Shown: piece after piece, positions 57,558 through 64,000 of the stretch
How the letters are laid out: the number at the start of each line of letters is the position of its first letter
Numbering within the stretch: position 1 is the stretch's first letter
DNA from: Eledone cirrhosa
Taxonomy: Eukaryota
DNA length: 64,000 nucleotides
Direction: 5' to 3'
Assembly (NCBI GenBank): GCA_964016885.1
Contig: OZ024747.1
Coordinates: 62,310,001 to 62,374,000 of the forward strand
Made by a program: the position numbers and the translations under genes
The notes under the pieces: model-generated
Seen by the model: the letters and a program-made list of their open reading frames with translations, nothing else
What the model was told of the DNA's origin: nothing
Database searches by the model: none

Positions 57558-57834
57558 CGTTTAAGAGAAGCGGGTTGCATGAGATATGACTCATCATCAG
57601 GCGGGTCGCAAGCGCTAATTTACATTCGTGCCCACATAAAAAAAGGGCGGTAACTCAGGTTGTTTTGATTTGTTTCTTCAGAATTTGTACACGTTTTTTT
57701 TTTCTCGATCGTAAAAATGATAGAAAGATAAATTACGACTGAAAAGTTGGGGTAAAAAAATCAGAAAGATTTCACTTAGGTGATTTAGGCGAGCCATTCA
57801 GAAAGCTTCGCGGGCCGCAGGTTGCCCACGACTG
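57558..57834. mobile_element. hAT-Charlie-type MITE with 8-bp TSD
   Basis: Right end GCGGGCCGCAGGTTGCCCACGACTG; CTCTAAAC at 57550-57557 and 57835-57842; left TIR largely deleted. Confidence 0.7.
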
Positions 57835-57994
57835 CTCTAAACATTTGTCTTGTGAAACTCTCTTTATTCTTCTAGTTTTCTTAGTGGATATAATCGAAAT
57901 TCTTTTAAATCTTCTGATTGACTTCAACGGAAATATCACAGATTTGTGTTTTTTCCCTTTCCTTTTGTAACTTTCAACAAATTAAGTGGTTGCC

Positions 57995-58420
57995 AGGGCT
58001 TGTTGCATTCATGGTTACTTGTTGTCCTTTTGTAGACTGCTGTATTACTGGCTACTGGTTGTCTGGGCCTGTTCTACTGCTGGTTACAGGCGGCTTTGTT
58101 GGGGCCTGCTGTATTGGTGGCCAATAGCTGTCTTGTTGAGGCCTGTTCTACTGATGGTCACTGACTCTCTTGGTGGGACCTGCTGTATTGGTGGCCAATG
58201 GCTGTCTTGTTGAGGCTTGATCTACTGTTGGTTGCTTGCTGGTTCTACTGCTGGTTACAGGCGGCATTGTAGGGGGTCAGCTTCATTAATGGCTACTGCT
58301 GTCTTGTTGAGACCTGTTCTACTGCTGCTTACAGGCGGCATTGTTGGGGTTAGCTGTATTACTGATTGCTTGCTGCCTTGTTGGAACCTGTTGTATTACG
58401 GGTTACACGTTGTCTTGTCG
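57995..58420. repeat. Degenerate tandem repeat (roughly 37-bp subunit, 75-bp dimer)
   Basis: Recurrent gctgtcttgttgaggcctgttctactg and cctgctgtattggtggccaat. Confidence 0.7.
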
Positions 58421-58914
58421 GGAGTGACATCCAATAAAAAAAAAATGCTAACAAAAGTTTAGTATTTTATGTATATATGAAATCACTATTTAAAAAAAAA
58501 ATATATATATATTTAGGTATAATAAAGGAGAGACGAGATCAGAGATGGGAGATATTTATGAATCACTGGCCTGAATAATTTATTATCAGGAATATACAGC
58601 TAACTCATTAATAAGACTCATTTATTTCTTTAATCCGGAGTTGACAAATTAAGTGTGACAAGTTATACTTAGGTATGTAAGGGCTGGAATGGTAGAAACG
58701 GTGAACATTAATAGCAGACAGACAGTTTTCGGTCTACTGATTTAGTAAATATTCTTCGAGCTTAATAAATGAGTTATTACAGCCAAGATATTTTTACAGA
58801 TATTAGACGCTTTGGCCGCAGTGAATAGACTTCATTTGCCAAATCACCTAAAGCTGAATGATCAGTAGCACAGTATATATATAATCCTCTCTTCCTCTCT
58901 CTCTCTCTCTCTCT

Positions 58915-58969
58915 ATCAGTAAATAGCCATCGAAACGGCTTGAGCTCTGCCGTCGGGGTCATTCTTTTT

Positions 58970-58973
<4 letters not shown>
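58915..58973 (+). mobile_element. Single arm of fold-back family A
   Basis: atagccatcgaaacggcttgagctctgccgtcggggtca followed by (TA)n. Confidence 0.6.
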
Positions 58974-59025
<52 letters not shown>

Positions 59026-59052
59026 TATATATATATATACATATATATACAC

Positions 59053-59139
<87 letters not shown>

Positions 59140-59162
59140 TATATATACATATATATACACAC

Positions 59163-59247
<85 letters not shown>

Positions 59248-59392
59248 TATATACATATATATACACACATATATATATATACATATATATACACACATAT
59301 ATATATATACATATATATACACACATATATATATATACATATATATATATACATATATATACACACATATATATATACATATACATATATAT

Positions 59393-59423
<31 letters not shown>

Positions 59424-59487
59424 CATATACATACATATATATACACACACACATATATATATATATACATATACATACATATATGCA

Positions 59488-59523
<36 letters not shown>

Positions 59524-59529
59524 CATACA

Positions 59530-59563
<34 letters not shown>

Positions 59564-59585
59564 CATACATACATACATATATACA

Positions 59586-59636
<51 letters not shown>
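58972..59636. repeat. (TA)n/(CA)/(TACA)n compound microsatellite
   Basis: Direct reading. Confidence 0.92.
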
Positions 59637-59637
<1 letters not shown>

Positions 59638-59828
59638 ACGGAGGAGTTGTGGTAAGGAACCAGCTGGACCATAACGCACCAGAGTACTCAATACTTAGGG
59701 TAGTAGAGTGGGTAATAGGAGAAAGTATGACCCCGACGGTAGAGCTCAAGCCGTTTCCACGGCTATTTCTTGACTAGTCAAGAAATACTCGTCGAAACGG
59801 CTTGAGCTCTGCCGTCGGGGTCATACTT

Positions 59829-59832
<4 letters not shown>
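59637..59832 (-). mobile_element. Fold-back element family A
   Basis: 57-bp arms 59719-59775 and 59776-59832, plus a tail homologous to 14960-15040; TA flanks. Confidence 0.7.
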
Positions 59833-59917
<85 letters not shown>

Positions 59918-60202
59918 TAGCGATAATAGTGTCTCGTTTGTGGATGCTGGTTGACGAAGCAAGTCGTGATTTCGCTTCGCAGAAACACTATCTGTCCGAG
60001 TGATAAATATATATTTAATTGTCTCTTTTGATGTGAATTTTCTCAGTTGTTTAACTCTCAAGCATATTTATCATGTAGAATAATGTCACAACTATAAATA
60101 TCATCAATTATTGTTTACTTCATACTAAAATGACGTAACTTCGATTGGTTAGAACTGGAATCGTAAACCCAAGGTCACAAAAGGGGTCATCCTGGGGAAG
60201 AA

Positions 60203-60440
60203 GCCTTCTCATATCTGGCGGTCGGGCGTCATGGACTTGTGGACCACCACTCTCCATCTTTTCGTGTCTCTTGCCATTGCTGTACATACCGCCAAACTCC
60301 TTCCTTTCCATTCCTTAATATCATTTGTCCAGCTCCTTTTCTGTCACCCCTGGCCCTTTTCCCATGTATTCGTTCCTCAAGGATGTGGGTAGTGAAATTT
60401 TGGGTTCTGATGACATGACCAAAATACTGAAACTTTTGAG
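60203..60440 (-). mobile_element. RTE-clade LINE 3' fragment
   Basis: QKFQYFGHVIRTQNFTTHILEERIHGKRARG is the typical RTE YFGH...G-x-R-x-RG ending; frameshifted afterwards. Confidence 0.8.
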
Positions 60441-60511
60441 TAAGAAGCAGAGCAGGCCAAAAGGCAGGCATAATTACAATCAGTTATAATGCTAATCTGC
60501 AATATTAGCGA

Positions 60512-60946
60512 AGGCGCATGGCTTAGTAGTTAGAGCATTGGGCTTGCAATCGAAGGTTGTGAATTCGATTTTCGGACCGGGTGATGTGTTGTGTCCTTGA
60601 GCAAGACACTTTATTTCACGTTGTTCCAGTTTACTCGGCTGTAGAAATGAGTTGCGATCCTGCCAAATCAATGGGTGGCAGTAGTTCCAGCTGCACTCAT
60701 CGAAAGACTGGTGTAGTGGTTCTGAGAACAATGCGGCTTTGAAGATGGTCAATGCAAATTGAGAATGGAACGGCACTCCCGCTCGAGTTAGAAGAGAACT
60801 ATTGATCTTCAGCAGAAGCAGCGACTTCCGATTGTATTCAGCAACCGAAACAAATATGAAATACACCAAATCCAATGCTTCTAGGGGCGGCCCTGGTTCT
60901 TCGTATTTGAGAGTGTAAACTTGGCCAGATAAGATTAAATTAGATT
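60512..60946 (+). mobile_element. SINE family-2 head joined to a GATTA-tailed retroposon 3' segment
   Basis: Head ggcgcatggcttagtagttag and gtgtccttgagcaagacac; 60666-60946 is homologous to 39554-39730. Confidence 0.65.
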
Positions 60947-61434
60947 GCAATACAGCTGATAGGCTGCTATTTATGTTTTGTTTTTATCAAAACGAATAAA
61001 CATATAATAGTAAGATATGTGGATTAGAACAAAACGTAAGTGGACAAATTTTCCGTTTCAAATTCTCCTTAATTAATCATGAAATTTGTTTTGCCGCGGC
61101 CATTAGAAAAATTGTTTGTAAGCAACGTGTTTGAGACCTCTTTGTTAGAATATGTTACGTTCAACAACTATATGTCTGAATAATATATTTATTTAGTCAT
61201 ATATCTGTCTCAGATTTTTGTTACTATACGGTTGAGTTCTCTGGAGATATTTTTACTTTAACAAATAAGTGAACAATTCGAAAATGATTTTTGGTTCATT
61301 TCATTAATTTCATATTTCGATAATATGCATATATACCTAAATCTATGAATTTACATATGTGTTAAAACATTTCTGAGTTTGTTAGTATACATACGTCATC
61401 AAATTCGGACGCACGCACTCTCATACCCCACCCC

Positions 61435-61465
<31 letters not shown>

Positions 61466-61850
61466 CTAGAATTCCCTTTTTCGGATTATATTACTGTGAG
61501 AGCCCTGGTTTCTGTTGAGCTCTGCTGATGAATGAAATTCCAACCGTGACCATCTCCACTGAAAGTTTTCATGAAATAGTCTTTTAAGACTATACAGAGC
61601 ATTTGATGTTATTCCAAATTGAAGGATAAGTGTTTCAAACTTTATTTTATCATGAGTTAAAGGTCTATAGATTTTTCCCTGGATTTTACTAAATTCTGTG
61701 GATGAATTTATATCCTGATTCTCTTTTGAGATGAGTTTGAGTTATTTTTCCTAAATCTTTCGTTAACTACTTTTCCCATCTTGACGTTATAGTCGCATAT
61801 ATGTTATAGAATGCCGTTAGCTTCTTGCTAAAACAATCTCTATACCTCTC

Positions 61851-61892
<42 letters not shown>

Positions 61893-61893
<1 letters not shown>

Positions 61894-62075
61894 ATTGTTT
61901 CTACTTTTGGCACAAGGTCAGCAATTACCTCAGTGTATTACTGGTACTTTATTTTATCGACCCCGTAAGGATGAAAGGCAAAGTTAACTTCGGCGAGATT
62001 TGAACTCAGATCATAAAGGGCTGTAACTCTATGCTGCAAAGCATGTCGTCCGTCCCTCTACCGATACTGCCAATC
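61893..62075 (-). mobile_element. SINE family 1
   Basis: Full core and tail. Confidence 0.88.
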
Positions 62076-62103
62076 AATCAATATATATATATATATATAA
62101 TAA

Positions 62104-62275
62104 ATGCTGATGTTACAACCGTTCTCATAACAACAACAAATGCATGAATTACATCTTGATTGCATGGGAGAACCGTTGAAATAATTATAATGAATAAACG
62201 ATTTATGTAACATCAGCATCTTTATTAATGTTATTATTATACTGAACCTCCATCGTAACTACAAACTACGAATGT
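62104..62275 (+). mobile_element. PLE-like remnant with a 5'-truncated hammerhead and short inverted repeat
   Basis: aaccgttctc...gagaaccgtt GAAA taatta TA atgaataaa. CUGANGA is replaced by the inverted segment atgctgatgttaca, which pairs with 62206-62219. Confidence 0.55.
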
Positions 62276-62444
62276 TGAGAGCTTTCTCCTGCTTGCTCCT
62301 GTTTTTACCAAAACAATCTCTTCGGAACACACACACACATACATATATATATATTAAGAAAAAGAGAGACGGTTTCACAATTTCAATATCAGTTTATAAC
62401 ATCACACCTGTTATGTACATTTCGAAGGCATCCATATGTCATTT

Positions 62445-62615
62445 ATCGGTAGAGGGTCGGACGCCATGCTTTCCAGCATAGTTACGTCCCTTTACGATCT
62501 GAGTTCAAATCCCGCCGAGGTTGACTTTGTCTTTCATCCTTACGGGGTCGATAAAATAAAGTACCAGTAATGCACTGGGTAATTGCTGGCCTTGTGCCTA
62601 AAGTAGAAACAATTA
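62445..62615 (+). mobile_element. SINE family 1
   Basis: Head (slightly truncated), core and tail. Confidence 0.88.
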
Positions 62616-63193
62616 TTTAACAATTATCCAATGTGCCATCGTCAGACTGGCGTTTAAATGAAAAACAATGCTTTGATTTCGTTTTTGGTTTTTGATATGA
62701 CTACTATCGAAGTGATGTTGACTTTTCAGGTTCTGGAAGGTATTTTGTCTGACACTCTACCGATAATGCCAAACTACCATCTTAGTTACCGGTTAAATGT
62801 ATTTATGATTTTTTTTCAATTTAAACGGAAATATGTATATTTGGCATATTTACATATCTAAATATATATATGTATGTAAAAAGTAAACAGAAATAACAAA
62901 ACAAACAACACAGTACATCGCAAAAATATATTTTATCACTTGAAAAAACAGGAAAAGAGTCTTAATATACATTTACGCAGTCTCTGTTACCTCTAAACTG
63001 TATATATACAGTTATAACTTTATCATATACATACAGCCACACACACACACATATATATACATATACACACGCCCACATGCATACGCGCGCACACACACGT
63101 ATATATATATGTAAAAGGCAAACAGAAATAACAACACAACCGGTACAGTATATAGAAGGAATATATTAGGTTAACGCTCAAAATAGCAGTGAG

Positions 63194-63258
<65 letters not shown>

Positions 63259-64000
63259 GTAAATGTTGTATTTATGTATGTACGTACATATGTATGTATG
63301 TATTCACGTATGCATGTATATATGTATGTATGTACGTATCTATGTATGTATGTATATATGCATGTATGTACGCATTTATGTATATAATGTATAAAGATGC
63401 AAGTATGCATACGCATGACAGATATCTGAGTGCGATTCTCTTAAAGGGAATAAATATAAGGAAAACAGAGCCAGAAATTGGAGATGGCCGAAAGGCAGTT
63501 ACAACGACGACAGCTCTGTGTAGTAGTTTGGAGAGAAAGCGAGAAACACTGGCGCCGGAAGATTCTTAAGAAATATCCATAGTAAATATCAGATGGACTA
63601 AGGAAATCCTAATGCAATAAAGCATCGTAGAATGCTATTGATTGAGTATTGAATTGCTTTCATCCCACAAGTCTCTTGGAGAGAAAGAGATTTTTTCTCA
63701 AATCAAGTTTGCCACCATTTAATGAAATTATTCACTCGGAAGCTGAAAATTGCTGAAATTAACGCGAAACTATTTGTTGAAGACTTGCACTATAATAAGG
63801 CTACGAATTAATAGAATCGTTAGGCTGTCGCATAGAATACTTTGCAGTATTCGTTCCAGTTCTGTGCGCTTTGTGTTCAAATATCACCGACGTCCATTTT
63901 GTCTGTTATTCTTTTGCAGTCGGTCAAAAATTACCAATCCAGTACAAGGATCTTTTGTTACTATCTAATATATGTCTTATTTCTCCCTCTCTTTCATTCT

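Noticed and set aside
57515-57605. Minus-strand CTGATGA...GAAACTGTT hammerhead candidate
   Set aside because: CTGATGA lies inside the hAT MITE and GAAA lies outside its TSD; no coherent stem II.
59943-59998. TTGACGA...GAAACACTA hammerhead-like segment
   Set aside because: Core mutated and stems ambiguous; possibly a decayed PLE remnant but not supportable.
61521-61545. CTGATGAATGAAA
   Set aside because: No room for stem II and no stem I.
63420-63615. Possible exon or RTE fragment (WRRKILK, RWTKEIL)
   Set aside because: Too degenerate, with stops and frameshifts; cannot be assigned without a search.

Overview
AT-rich, repeat-saturated eukaryotic DNA, intergenic or deep intronic. The SINE families and extreme microsatellite load suggest a cephalopod such as Octopus; this is inference from memory. 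I recognise no intact host gene, and the long ORFs in the supplied track are microsatellite or minisatellite read-through. The window holds about 25 copies of one tRNA-derived SINE, other SINE families, decayed LINE fragments (Tx1/L1, RTE, HERO-like), a nested mariner, several MITEs and satellites, two of which grew out of SINEs. The main signal is a dispersed set of short Penelope-like (PLE) remnants in (TA)n/(CA)n microsatellites. They carry minimal type-I hammerhead ribozymes (CUGANGA-stem II-GAAA-palindromic stem III-UH): at least 6 with intact cores plus several decayed ones. One subclass shows compensatory stem changes, a fixed C.C mismatch and an adjacent AATAAA. Many elements are fold-back structures whose apex falls at or inside the ribozyme. 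A GIY-YIG C-terminal fragment supports the PLE origin. All pairings and coordinates were read by eye.
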